DNA from: Tubulanus polymorphus
Lineage: Eukaryota > Animalia > Nemertea
Length of the DNA stretch: 64,000 nucleotides
NCBI RefSeq assembly: GCF_964204645.1
Contig: NC_134029.1
Coordinates: 9,512,850 to 9,576,849 of the forward strand
Direction: 5' to 3'
This document shows positions 1 through 31,838 of this stretch, piece by piece. Each line of letters opens with the position of its first letter. Within the stretch, counting starts at the first letter, position 1. Position numbers and translations under genes: made by a program. The notes below the pieces were generated by a model. It searched no databases and had not been told where the DNA came from. It saw nothing but the letters and a program-made list of their open reading frames with translations.

Positions 1-2259
1 TGAAGCTAAGGCAAAATCAATTAAGTAAGTTGAAAATAACGATTCAGTGAAGAAATGACGATCATTTAAATATACGCTGTATTATAAAAATAGACAAAAA
101 GGTGCATGAATAAGGCCTGTTAGTATTTAATTCAACATTTAGATGAGATTATTTTGTCTAGGTTGTTTTTCTGTTCATTGAAAACCATTTAATCGGAGCT
201 AGTCAGTTCGTCAGTGAGGTTTTCATTTTAGTAGTGTTCCAAAATGGAAGACAAATAACATAAAGATGCACTTTTTAGTGGAAAAATTACCGGTAAATAT
301 CGATGTATACCAACCGAATTCGTCTTTTGCAAGCATGGAGTTTGAAAAAGAAATTGCAAGTAGAAGGCCAGTTAAAATACGCGAGTAGGCCTACATGTTA
401 AACATTTGGAGGTAAGATCATTTTAAATCTAAGCAAATCAAATTGACTTTATTGGTCCTTATCAATAATAATGTTAAACAAGTAAATTATTGGTTTGACA
501 GTTCAATAAAGTTGACAGGACAAACAAGAGACATGGAGAATTATGCTATTGCATAGGCCAATTGTTTAGTTTAATGTTAATGTTGTTAGTTTTCACAAGC
601 GGGCTCAGTGCTAATTGAGGGGATGGCCTCTGTCTGTCTCAGTGTCTGTATATTGGACGATCGCATTGTACCACATACTTTTTATGTGTATAACATACAA
701 AATATGGTGTATACATATATAATGGATAATGTATGATAGACAATGCTAGGTATTTCGTATATAAGCCCTTACAGACAAAAAATCCAGGTCCGATCTGGTA
801 CGTTATGCATGTTCATCGCAACAATAGGCTACGAAATCGCTAGCTGGAAACCAACCTACGTATAGGCCTACTGTAGCCTTAAGTTCTATATGCTTGGGAA
901 TAATTTATTCTCAAATTACTTCTTGTTTTGTAGTTTGTAATATGTTGCTAAATGATGGACATTTTGATTTTTCAAGAAGTCGATTTTGAGAATCTGGAAG
1001 ATTTAAGAATTGAAAATGGCCACAATCCACCAATAATGCAGACAATGGTTGTGACGACGTAAGTTAGTAATACAGTGCCTTATGACTAAAGTGAATGCAA
1101 TCATAATTGCCAATCTACTCATCCGATATGAACTTGACCAATCACCAAAATGTTTAATCTGTTTTGCAGCCACAGCTCATTGATGGAAATAGATGATCCT
1201 CTCCACACAAATGCTGAGGTGACCCTTCGTGGGGCTGTTACTACTATTATGATGTTCTCCCTCAAAGCTGGATCCACATCAACTGTTTTGACTGGATTGT
1301 TGGATCGGTTGAATTTACTGTTACTGAGAAGCGGTTCTACGCAGTTCTAAATGCCTATTTTGAAAAGATTTTCTCTATGTGCGGAGGTGAACAAATATTA
1401 CTGCGCTGTATGTAAGACATTATTAAAAAAACTGCAGGTATGATACAAATGTTCATTATGTGATATACAGTACGATAAGGCAACATTAGAGGAAAAAGGA
1501 CATTTTTTGTGTATGGGCCTACAAGGAAAGCAGAACACTTGGAGCTGGTGACAGCAATATATTCAACATTTTTCATAAATAACATTGTAATTCGGGGCTT
1601 GGGCAGTCCCCTAAGCCTCTAGTTATCTTGATAATAAATGAAATATCCAAAATTTTTTGTTCAGATCATGATTTTTGTGAAACAGTTTTTGGATTTATTC
1701 AGAGGGCAACAAAGACATGTGCTTCATTCATACAGGATCCAATCTAGTCAATACAGGACAAACAACATGATTTTTTGACATGGCATCCTGGAAAAAGCTA
1801 CTAAATGAGGATCAAACAATTAAAAAGACAGGAGATTCCTTCAATTCTCCGAACATTACATGCAAAATCTTACTTTTTATGAAATCATGTGAAGCTAAAT
1901 GATGTAATTACAAATTTTATTGCAGTTTACAAAAGTGACCAATTATGAGAAACAAGGTACATGTATAATTTTTTAGCCAAGGTACATGCATCCAGATTGC
2001 ACATGTATTTCAGAAGCCACACATGAATTTACACGTGTTTTTAAAATACACGTCCTAAGTTACACGTGTATTTCAAAATACACATCTTCAGTACACGTGT
2101 AATTCAAAATACATGTCCAAACTACACGTGCATTTTAGAAATACACGTGTTTTACACATGTACTTCAATATACATGTCAAAAGTACACGTGTAATTTCAT
2201 ATTACACGTGTATTACACGTGTATTTAGCTAAATACACGTGTACCATTTTCATAAGGGG
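1..2259 (+). mobile_element. Probable degenerate CMC/EnSpm (CACTA-like) DNA transposon, right end; left end outside window or unresolved
   Basis: About 950-1560 reads as a broken transposase N-terminus (PLHTNAEVTLRGAVTTIMMFSLK...LTGLLDRLNLLL, then YYCAVC...KCSLC...KGHFL) with a GT-AG intron near 1059-1169. Subterminal TACACGTG-type repeats end in ...CATTTTCATAAGGG, a CCC/GGG-type terminus. Assignment is by motif memory only. Confidence 0.45.
1977..2243. repeat. Array of short palindromic TACACGTG/TACATGT motifs (transposon subterminal repeats)
   Basis: More than ten copies of tacacgtg/tacatgt variants, about 20 bp apart, directly visible. Confidence 0.85.
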
Positions 2260-2877
2260 AGCGCCGAGCGCCTGGTTGCCATATATTTTCCGCTTAAATC
2301 TGGACTCTGGCTCACCAGGAAATATCTGCGATGCATCACGATAGCGCTCTACGTCATTATCTTTTGTGGAAACTTCTTTCAGTTCGTTTATTCGAAATAC
2401 TTTTTCAGGCCGTCGTGCCGTTACATTTATTTGCAGTGGCGCCGAAATTATGTGTATTCACACTCCGTTCAGATGGGGATTGTTAAGCGATTTTCGGTGA
2501 TCATATTTGGCTTCATATTCCCGTTTTTCGTACTGATTACCATAAATTGGATCATCCTGTTCTATCTTATGAAATATTTTAGCAGGCAGCCAAGTGATTC
2601 GAATTCGTTGCACACGAAAGATAGCCCTCAGTCGTTGGTTAAAGCCACAAAAATGATCGCATTGGTCATCGTAGCTTTTGTATTATTCGAGACGCCAAAT
2701 GCGGCACTGACTCTACGTTATGACGTTCATTTGTTGGGAAAACTCGGCAATATGGCCGCTGTATCCGGTCAAACTACATACGGTATGTTACTCAGTCAGT
2801 GCGACTCAGTCGTCAACTTTTTCATCTATTTTATCGTAAATAAGAAATTTCGAAAGGTTTTAACAACTTGCAATTAG
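2260..2877 (+). pseudogene. Class A (rhodopsin-like) peptide-type GPCR, C-terminal part only (end of TM3 to helix 8)
   Basis: SAERLVAIYFPL (DRY-equivalent), TM5 FIFPFFVLITINWIILF, TM6 KMIALVIVAFVLFETP, TM7 DSVVNFFIYFIVNKKFR. TM1-3 are absent and are replaced by the repeat array immediately upstream. Confidence 0.7.
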
Positions 2878-5800
2878 TGTGGAACTACATTTCTGCCAAT
2901 GACTCCGTCGTACTTGTTTAAAAAAAATCCCTATTCGATGGATTTTAAAGAACATTTAAAAGCAAGAAATTTCTCCGATTATGTTCATTTTGTGTGTACC
3001 GTTTCTGGCTTTTAGGCTATCATGGAAAACGAAGAATACATTAAATTCAAATGAACCTTTCTTCTGTAATATCTATAAAATTCAAACTGTAATACAATAT
3101 AGTCAACCCCCGATATACCACCATAGAGAGTATGGTGGGGTTGATTTATTTTATATATCGAAATACATTGAGAAAACCTGGTGGTAGACGGGGGTGGCGG
3201 TATGGGAGAGCGGTATGTCGAGGGTTGACTATATTTGAACCGTGTCTACTCTTTATGACTTTATGCGACCATTTTTAGAATAATGAACTTTCAATTAATA
3301 TCCTAACATTTTTGTAGAATAGTGCGGTGAACTCTTTTTAATTTGTGATGTATTCTAGCTGAGCAAGAAAGTTTACTATACAGTCAATATCAATTATAAT
3401 TAATGTGTCTACATGTTTATGATTGTATTTTTGAACTCCATTCATAAATTGGGGGATTTTTAAGTACTTTGAAGAATTGTGGATTTTTACGGGGATTTTA
3501 TCTAAGTGATATTTACTGTCGACCAATTCAGATCTATACAGTCCGACCCTTTAAAAAAGTTTTTCTCCCAATTTTTCCCGGTTAATAACCTGTATAAATG
3601 GGTATTTAGTCATCCTCGGTATCGATTCTCTGATGAGAAAATCAATTTCCAAAGATACGATTAAATAATTTTCTGCAATTTGTCTCTGAAATAGTGAAGA
3701 AAATTGCTGAATCGAATGTAATACAAAAAACAAAATTGATTTTTTTTCAATAAGTATACATGATATAGCGGTGGCCGGATGTGCGATCGCCGCAGGCGCG
3801 AAGCAAAGGGGCGAGAAAATTTTGATATTTTACCTGTTTTTAGTTCAATTTCCTGCAATCTAGACCATACACACGGGCAGATCCAGGGGCTACTGTAGCA
3901 CAACTTATAAAAAAGGGCATCATTATCCACGAAAAAAGGGCGGTGGGTCCTCCAAGAAAATCTTGAAAATTTGTCACATTTACATTATAGGACCATGTTG
4001 CAGCCATCTAAATCCTCCATTGCAATCTCGAGCCCTAAGAAAAATCTAAAGTTTGTAAATCTGTCTCATCATTTTTATTTGCAATATGGCTAATTCTATT
4101 ACATTGTTTGATTTATACAGCAGGATGCGGAATCAAGAAGTAACACCAAGCCTGTATAATGTTCATGTTTACATTTCTGTGTTGAAAAATGACGAGTAAA
4201 AAATTACTGGTAAACAAAAACCCGAGAACAAGTATTTTTTTCATACCCCATCAGAACAAAAATCACTCCATTTTTTCCTGTTATACAAATACAATAACAT
4301 CATCACATCCAAATGCTACTAGGAGGCAAATGAAATATTTCAGAAACCGAAATAATTTGAAGAATTATCTGAATGACAAAAATCTCTCAATCAAAAACAG
4401 TGATAATCATATCACCATAAAAAGCATTCAGTCAGCTGTATCTACAGCGCTGAGAGCTTACCCAGGAACCGGTTGGGTAAGAATTCCGATAAAAGTGTTG
4501 CTAAGAATTTTTTTCCTTGGTTCGTGGTGAACTAAGAACATACTTTTATGCAGCACAGTGAGAACCATACTAAAACGAAACATCTTCATATTGGATTCAA
4601 TAATGAACTAAGCTTATACACATATTGTTAATGTTATGATACAATATTCTGGTCCTCTAAGTCGGAAAGTTTGGATGTCCCCAATTTGCCTCATACACTT
4701 AGGTCTATAGAGTTCCCTTGATTATCAGCAAAAAGTCCGACATTGGTGGATAACCAAGAGTTGATTGTACCTACCAGTAAGAAAATAGGCGGAGATCTTA
4801 TGAGCTCACATTTTTTCCACATAATATTATAAGATCACAGAAATTCCATCACAAGCCATACTGTAGATATTTACAACAGATAACTGTTAGGTCTAATATT
4901 TTGTAGATCAATTCAGATTGTTACTTTTTTGAGAAAAAAGAGTGAAAAACGTTTCATAATGAAGTTGGATGAACTAATTTATCAATTTTATTTGCACCCA
5001 GCTATGTTCAGTTACCTTTTGTTGCGGCTAGTTTCCAGCCCTCAAACAATTTAGTTCTAATGAAGTTGTTGAACTTGTTGGCAATGTATGTTCAAGAGTA
5101 ATTTTGAACTATGAGCTTTTCTACTCCTAGGTAAGAAATACAGGAGACCTCGCATAATTCGATCAGTTGGGATGGACAAAGCCCAGCCAGTCGATGATTG
5201 ATCTGAATTAAACATCATATCTTAATGTACATTTCTGGTGGCCTGTGAATGATATCCAGATGAGATCAAAATATCTGGATAAAGCGGGCTTGACCGTATG
5301 TAGCATCTACACAACTACCACCCAATAATCAGCTACCTCTGGCATGTGTCAATTTTCCATACTACATGTATATAGCGATTACTAACCATCAAACCAATTT
5401 AGGTTTTAGTTTGAAAGAATACAGTCCAAAGTCGGGTTGAAATATCCTAGTATAGACAACTTTGATAATAACAACTAAAATTTACCTTAACAATTTTACG
5501 TGAAACTGCAATTGAATTATGCTTATGTTTAGCAGCCCATTGAGCTGATGTACCGGTAATAAGGAGCAAGGAGGAGCCTTCAGCAGAAGTGGTTTAGAAA
5601 ATATTTGCCACAGAAATTCTAATGCGCATAGCTGCACCGCAGGGGAATATTTATTATAAGAGTCAAAGCTAGACCAAAGTCCTTACGAAAAGGTACGAGT
5701 ACACAGTACACTAATCACACAGTGATTCTACGTATGTTCTTTATTCACACCTTTCCAGACTCATCTTCATCTGCCCATGAATGGAGCTGAATGAAATAAA

Positions 5801-6383
5801 AAATTATAACTTTTGTGGCCCAAATGGGAGAAAAACAATGAAGCAAAATATCTTTACGGAGCATCACTCTGCACCATGGGAACACATCCTTTGAGGCGAA
5901 ATCTCACTTTAGGGAAGTGTGGTGATAAAATGTTTAACATCATGTTTAACTGCAAATCAACTTCAACACATGGGGAAGAAGGTAAATGAATTGAGTAATG
6001 AGCTTAAAAAGTACACAGAATGCACACGCTGAAATGTGGTGAAGTTAACGCGAATGATTTCCTTGTAAATCTACTGCAGTATGGAAAACCTTTGCTACAG
6101 AGACAAACAATGCAGCTGTTTAATCGCTTGCTCGCTCGCTCTCATCAAGACAGTATTTTCAGTACAAAATGAGAATAATGAAGAGTAGTACGAATGATAA
6201 AGCACATTTTCGTAGTAATTTAGTAGTTATTAGTTGTAGTCATAGAAGTCCACGTAGTAGTAAATCCACTTATGCAAAAATATCACACATTCAAGCGGAA
6301 ATTTCATTCCTTCGCGATTATCTGATTGTGATCGTAGTGTTTTCAAATCCTAGTCGTCGTCTCAGATGCTATTACGTATACTG

Positions 6384-24446
<18,063 letters not shown>

Positions 24447-25208
24447 GTTCTTCAGTCTGGTTATCTGGCAATCTGTGTGGTGTCTATCACTGTCAATAAT
24501 TCAAGTAGATAAATCGAAATTTCAAATGGAATAGTAGCAGGAACTTATTGACATGTCCGACGACATTCTTGTTCTCGAGAAGACTTTACACGGCGCGCTG
24601 AATCGAACGATCCGCTTTCCAAAATGTAAATTAGCCATGTCTGAAACGTCGCTCACCGATATTTAAATGATTTCTGATCTGAATAAACTTCTTTTCGATA
24701 AACTTTTGATTGTTTTTACAAAGCAGGCCTAGCCACGGCCTGTGGACCTAAACTGATAGGTTCTACAAGGCATAATGATATCATACGTTGTTCCTGCTAT
24801 TGTCTGTATATATCTATTTGCGTACACCTCTACACACGTTTTAATCAACCAGTTGAAGCTGACAGTTTCGGGAAGAAGGAGAACAAGTGTTAACCATAGA
24901 AATTTCTATGGTTTCACGTCCTCGTATTAAGAAAAGGAATAATGCAATAAGTTGGTATGTTGTGTCAACCCTATAAGAAGGGATGTTTTTTTAAATCTTA
25001 TCCTCGGTCTATATACATTTACTCGATCGTGATTCAACGGATCTAAATACCAGGTTCGACGATTCGGCGAAAATTGTGTGCATTTTCTTCATGTTGTCTC
25101 GATCCGAAGTATTTGTCCTTCGCGCTTCTCAAGCGCGCATACTCGAGTTACGCCAACAATGATGGAAAAGGCTGGTGACTGCTGAATCGCATTTTTTCCT
25201 TCGATAAA
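24447..25208. promoter_or_regulatory. Putative bidirectional promoter and 5' UTR region between COPS2 and DDA1
   Basis: The divergent ATGs at 24446 (minus) and 25209 (plus) are 762 bp apart. CpG-rich patches lie near 24550-24660 and 25050-25200. Confidence 0.65.
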
Positions 25209-28200
25209 ATGGTAAATATTGACCGAAATTCGACTCTGGTACCAAATCGAAATAAGAAAAGAAGTTTTCACCGTAGTAGTAGAACGAAATCTTTCCGGGA
25301 CGGGAAGAAAAATTGGAAAAATCTAGGCCTACTAATGTCTATTTATTAATGGATGAGACCTGTTTTTCTGGGATATTTTGCTTACTTTTTGGGATACATA
25401 CCTCATTTATGTCTTAACAGAATGCCAAAAGTCGTGGACAACAACTGAATATCCGATATATTTCCAGTTCTGTACCAATTAGATGGATTGGCAAAAAGAC
25501 TCCTTAAGTCCAGTTGAATGAGAGAGAAAATCCTCCATTTTGTGAAATTTCTTGGATTTGAACATTGTTACCATGCCTACGCCACCCTGATTTAGTTGTT
25601 GAGACCCCACAAGAAAAATAACTTCATTTCGTAGGCATGGTGACAATGTAAAAATTCAAGAAATTTCACAAAATGGAGGATTTTCTCTCTCATTCAACTG
25701 GACTTAAGGAGTCTTTTTGCCAATCCATCTAATTGGTACAGAACTGGAATAATATCAGATATTCAGTTGTTGTCCGCGATATTTGGCATTCTGTTAAGAC
25801 ATAAATGAGGTATGTTCCCCAAAAAGTAAGCAAAATATCCCAGAAAAACAGGTCTCATCCATTAATAAATAGACATTAGTACTAGAGCCAGAGTCGGGCC
25901 ATCCTCCCTGGCACTGGCACTGGCACTGGCAGGGATTGAACCTGATGATGGCATTGAGATTGCCACGCTACGAAACCCTGCCACACTAGACCGAGTGCGC
26001 AGCTACACTTACACGCGCATCTCAGATGTCATTATCAGCCAATCAGATATCCCGTTTTATTCTATCCTGGGTTTTTCCTAGGCTAACTTTACTTATTTAG
26101 TTCTTCCTTGAAATTTACCTACTGTCTATCACACCTGCTCTCCGTGCGACGTTTTGGTCCGTAATTTCGTTAATAATCGGTTCATCTCTAAATATTATGC
26201 ACATATTTTTATGCCTCCCGCCAAAGTTAACAAACCCTGGCCACAGACTCTTCGTTGGTCTATTACACAAAATAAGATAAGATTTCTTGAGAGAAGATTC
26301 ACAGGTTTCTTGGGCAGATACTGGCATAGGTTGCCTTGTAAGCCTATCAGATGCATAGTTTTCCACCGGTAGGGTTGCTCTATATTAATACCATGCATCT
26401 GATTGGCTACACTGGTGGCCACAAGCAGTGACCTGTCTGCCCAAGAAATCTTGAGTGGTGTAATAGACCAATGAAGAGGTCTGCGGCCAGGGTGTGTGTT
26501 GGCAGTGAGTCGCAATGAATCAAACTCTGGCAAGCAAGGATGTGGGGTTACTTTGAAAAATAATCAATTTTAACCCCTTCAAGAAAGTGCATGTGTTGTC
26601 ATAATAGGTCTAATAGCCCTCAATTAGACATAATAGATGCGCAATTATTTCATTTCAGGGTGACTTTCTGAAAGAACTGCCTTCTTACAATAAGACTAAT
26701 TTTACAAGATATATCGCAGACAGTAGCTGTCGAAGCGGTGTAAGTACTTTGTCATTTCATTCTCAAATTTTATACGAGGTCAACTGGCTGACCCTTGACG
26801 TTTTCTTGTCAAATTTTCCCGTATCAGAATAATGAAAATCAATAAACCTATGCATTTGTTGTTCATGCATTCATTCCTTTCCGCTCATCAGCTTCTAAGG
26901 ATAAACCACCTTCAGAGAAGTATGGCTTAGAATTAACTTCATTAAACAAATTGAATGATGTTTGGGAAAAAAATATATGCGGTCAAAAAAACAAATTGCA
27001 CATTCACTTCTTAAATTGATTGTTTAGTTTGTATGAACATCTGGGCCAATTTTCGTGATTTTGTCCACCCAGCAATAATAAAAACGCTAAGCCACCCCAC
27101 TAATTGTTGCATTGGCAATACATTGGCTTGGTGGGGTAGATGTGAACGCGACATATTTAACACACAAACCATGCACAACTTAGGCTAAGCTATAGGCCTA
27201 CCGTAAAAACTGAACTGCTCGATCATCGCTGAGTCTAAAGGTCATGTGATGCATAATTCGTCACTGATTGGCTACAACGATCTGATTGGGTCGTAGAAAT
27301 AGAACTTGTTCTATCCTTGGAATTTGGCTTATGACGGGTATACGATATCAATACATCGCGGTCGTAAACACACTCATGTCGAAAAGGTTTCCGATGAAAA
27401 AATTGCAGACCGTTCGGATGATCGGGTTGTAAGTCGACCTGAGCTTAACTTAAGACATCCCCGACAGTAAATTCGTGTAGTAAAATCAAACTGCGTCATT
27501 CATTGATGGTTACAGAATAAAGTTATTAGACACCACGTGTTTATAGATATGTATAGGCCTACGGCATGTACGTAGAAAATTACTATTGTTATTTCGTGAA
27601 CATAGCTGCCCCGTCACACATTCCTAATAAATGACACATATTATCTTTCTGTTCGCCTGAATAACCCCCCATTTATTGCTATCAAGCGTCTTCTTCGGAT
27701 GAAGATTATAACAACAGGATTTCCAAATTGATTTCACCCACGATATAATCAATGGAAAGCTTTCTGTACCCTTTACCCATAGCTTTATCAACGATATTTT
27801 GTTACTAAACATCAAGGTCTTCAACACTTTATATGACGCTCGTTGCCTAGATTTGATTTATATGGTGACATTTTTAAGGCATGAAAAAATTAAAAATGGC
27901 TTCGGTTTTATTTGTTGTACCGATATTTCTCGACCTCTTAATTTGTATTCAGAGGTCTTAAGTTAATCATTTTTTTTCTCATATTTACAGGCTAGAAAAC
28001 CGTCAGTTTATATTTCAACTACAGATCATCCATCAGAACAAGGTTTGTTTTCACATGATTTATCATACAGGTCCTGTGATATCTAACTTCCGTTGACTAT
28101 ATAAACTAAAGTCTCAATCGACATGAAACTATGTCTATGCATACATGTATACATGTCTTCATCTGTTGAAGTTGTTTTTTGTCAATGTTTTTTCGGGGTT

Positions 28201-31200
28201 GTTAATGTTGAAGTTTTCTACGGATGGGTCCATCATTGAAGATAAAATTAAAAATTTGATTCATATCTTAACATGAAATGATTTACGATTGATGAATAAC
28301 TTTGTCGATGTTGTCGAGTTATTATCTCAGCATAGAATCAACAATTCTCTTCTTGAATTCAGAATTAATTTAATATGGGAGAGACATCATATATGAATAT
28401 GAAATATTTAATTTTATATGTCCAGTTATATCTCTAGTAGATTAATTTATTTAAGGTCTGTGAGAATCAGTTAGCAGGATTCTTGTAGCATGTCTGCTTT
28501 TAGGCTGCTTCACCAATGATGCAATTAATTAGTTTTAAAGGTTTGATAAGGGATCATTCATTTATTGCGTATGCATGAAATTTGACTTTTTCTAAGACGC
28601 ATGGTGCAATATTATTCGGCCCAGGCTACAATAGCATGTATTGCCCATCATTTTCCTGTTACAATAGCCCCTGGTAAGAACATAAGCTACATGTATTTAC
28701 TGTCGATGGCTTGATCAAAAAGTTTTTTCAAGAAAGTAATACTTAACGCAGGTCGGACTTGGAACATTCAATCATTGGCTGAAGCAAAGACTCTTTGTCG
28801 TTCGCATCTATAGCCATTGGGTAACAAATAGTAGGCATACACTCAGAATACAAAGACGGAGACAATATTTTTTAGGCGCTTATTTACGAGAAGCTTCAAA
28901 CCTGTGTCAGGTCATATTACTTACTAGAAAGACATGAATTGTAGCACTGATATCATTGCAAAAAAAATGTCGTAGAACATTGGATATAGATCATTAGCGT
29001 GCGATGTCAGAGTCGATGAATAAGGATGGCTCTGAGAATTTTCAAATTGTGACGACGGTCCTTCGCGGTAGTTGTCAAATGCATTGCCGACCAGCAGATA
29101 ACAAACCGTAAGGGTTCATTACATTTCCTGTATATATGACCCTTCCTATCAAGAGAGAGTTTAACACACAACAGCCAGAAAATAGTTTTTTTAGAATGGC
29201 TAGTCGATATACACCGTGAGCAATGGTGATGCAACCGTCTGCTTGCCAAAAACCAAATTTCAAGTAGGAGGCCTATATATTTAATAGCTGTACATGGGGC
29301 AAAGTGATTTGACCCGTTGGCTCTGTACTGAGACTAAGAGCATTTGACTCGTAGTCGGCATTGTCTTTATCGCTCCATGGCAGCAGTTTGAGTGTCGGGT
29401 AATTTATGAGTCGATGAAAAAAGGATAGAATCCAAGACAGTCATTGAGGTCTGAAATCACTTGATATAAATGATAATGAAACATTTTATAACCTGAATCA
29501 AATACAACAGTAAGCATTGAAAATTGTAATCCTAAATTTAGCTGCTTAAATCGTTGAGAATCAGCGGCTGAGAATCAAGGTGTGTTCTTTCCATTATGCA
29601 TAGATGGCAGCGCCGATTGAATTTGGTGATTATAGAATATAGATTCAGGCTCGATATGAATTTATTGCTTTAAAGTAACTGATCAACTAATGTAGAAAAC
29701 CCGTTATCGCTGCTTTGCGGCTATGTTGTTTAAAGGTCACTGGTATGTTGTCATTGAGGTCACAAGTCATAGCACATCGTGCATAGCCTACACGTTTGGT
29801 ATTTAATGTTTTCATTTATCACAATCAATGAAAAGAGGATGGACAACCTATTATATCAAGTTATAAGAGAATAACTAGTAATATTGTAATGTTTTGATGT
29901 TGCATGTTTTTTCTGTAGCGGTGCAGAAAACTCATTATCGCTACTTTGCAGCTATTGTTGATACTATTTCTATTGTTTTTTTTTCAGTGATAACAACCGA
30001 TAAAACGAATATACTGTTGAGATACCTTCATCAGCAGTGGGATAAAAAGGTAAACATCGATTGGCCTACAATTCAAGTAAAAGCAATGCTATTGTGTTCA
30101 CTTCTCGCAATAATAAATGGAATCTAGTTATTTTGGGAAGTTTTCAACAACTTCGATATCTTGATATTTGGTTTATGGTAACAGGTAAAAATCCCCCATC
30201 AAAATATGGTAAAAATCCCCCATTTCAGTTTTTTTAATCGAATTAGTGTTATTGGTAGTACAAATCAAACTTGAATGAACTGATAATTATAACCTTTACC
30301 ATGAAGGTTATGTTTGTTTCGCAAGCAAAACTTTGTCAGTTAGCAAAATAACTTCTTGTATGGCTTGCTGTGAAATTTTTAGAATTTCTCAACGCATCAG
30401 CAAGTGCCCTTAAAATCAAGATAAATTCCTCTTGATTGAAAATAATTCCAATGACCACTTAATTAGCCAGAGGTTTATATCTACAATTTAAATGGATGAA
30501 ATCATTAAACTTGAATCAAAATATTTTCGCTAGAGCTGCTTATTCCTATTATTGCAGTGATCTCATTTTATAGGTAATTGAAGGAATAACTGTCATCTAG
30601 AGTGTATAAGTGCCATGATTAAAATCATACAATCTTGTTCATAATCGATGAGAGAATATTGATACATTTTTTTGCGAAATTCAACTTTGGAGGACTTTTA
30701 CCTATGGGGGATATTTAAAAGAGGGATTTTACCTTCATTCTTGGTTGATGTATATTTTCATAGACTGAGTACCAAACTTATCCCTAGGGATAAATCTTCA
30801 ATCTGCGTGACAACCACCATAGTTAAGTAACAATAAGAAACCATGGTTATAACTGACAAATGTCAAAATATTCCTAGGGGATTGTTTTGCTTCCATATCT
30901 ATGAAACCCAGCCCTGGGTTGTTACAGGTCAGGGATTTGTTTTTCTCTGCAATGAAAACCAGAGAATTCTGAGGTAATTTTTATTCTGAACATTTTTATA
31001 CAGAAACCAATGATCAGGTAACTCCGCACACATTATTAGAAAATGTTATGAGCACAACTTTGCGCTCGCTTGTGGTGACAAATGAAGCCTCACCAATATA
31101 TGCAGTAGACTTGGTTACCGGTTTGTAGAAGCATGTACTAACAATAACTTCCCTGATTTTCAAGTAGTTGGTCACTAATATCTTCAGCAAACCTGCAATC

Positions 31201-31741
31201 GCAGAATGAACATTGCCCTACACACTTGCATATCCTTATGATAAGGCCCTGCCACACTTGCATGTCCTTATAAATAGGATATGCACGTGTGCAGGCCAAT
31301 GTTCATTCTGCGATTGCAGGTTTGCTGAAGATATTGGTGACCAACCACTTGAAAATCAGGGAATTTGAATAGAGCTCTGTCATTTTTCTGAAGCTTTGTA
31401 TTTTAGAAAGTTCTCGTGTGAGAGAATTGTATAGTTTGTCACCAATATCTTCTGCAAAAACTGCAATCGCAGAATGAACATTGCACTGCAACCGGCCCCT
31501 GATTATCTAGAATTTAAAGTCTGCGTGTCCCCGGACCCCTATTTTTTAAAATGGGTCTTCTTCAAAATAAGGTTTTTTTTAAGTCTGAAAAAATTCGAAT
31601 TACATTTCAATTCAATTTTTCTTTTCTCCCTAGAATTTACACAAAAAGCGTGACTGTAACCGTGCTGAATTGGACCCATCAACTGAACAGACACCATCGA
31701 GTAAAGTTCGACGCTTGACTAGCACTGATGATCAGAACTGA
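25209..31741 (+). CDS. DDA1: DET1- and DDB1-associated protein 1, complete, 5 coding exons, 101 aa
   Basis: Exons 25209-25211 (ATG only, inferred), 26659-26739, 27991-28042, 29988-30049, 31634-31741, all GT-AG. Translation [73 protein letters not shown]...[19 protein letters not shown] is the DDA1 signature. Confidence 0.93.
25332..25879. mobile_element. Foldback MITE with ~250-bp TIRs and TA TSD (Tc1/mariner-like)
   Basis: 25332-25581 is a near-perfect reverse complement of 25630-25879 around a ~48-bp spacer. TA lies on both flanks. Confidence 0.9.
30184..30733. mobile_element. Possible MITE in DDA1 intron 4
   Basis: Duplicated ggtaaaaatccccc at the left end and gggattttacc / ggacttttacc at the right end. 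Confidence 0.45.
31149..31485. repeat. Inverted repeat (~68-bp arms, 31149-31217 and 31295-31363) plus a third partial direct copy at 31437-31485
   Basis: ttccctgattttcaagtagttggtcac...gcagaatgaacattg and its reverse complement are directly visible. Confidence 0.8.
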
Positions 31742-31838
31742 CGTATGAAATAGCAATATATACAGGCTACAAACTATCTCGTACATTTTAGCGCGTTTAA
31801 ACTGTGATTATTTTCGTTGTGAAAAAGTAGCGCCAAAG

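Noticed and set aside
28990-29460. Possible transposase or recombinase remnant in DDA1 intron 3
   Set aside because: No convincing catalytic motif or termini could be identified by eye; a translated search would be needed.
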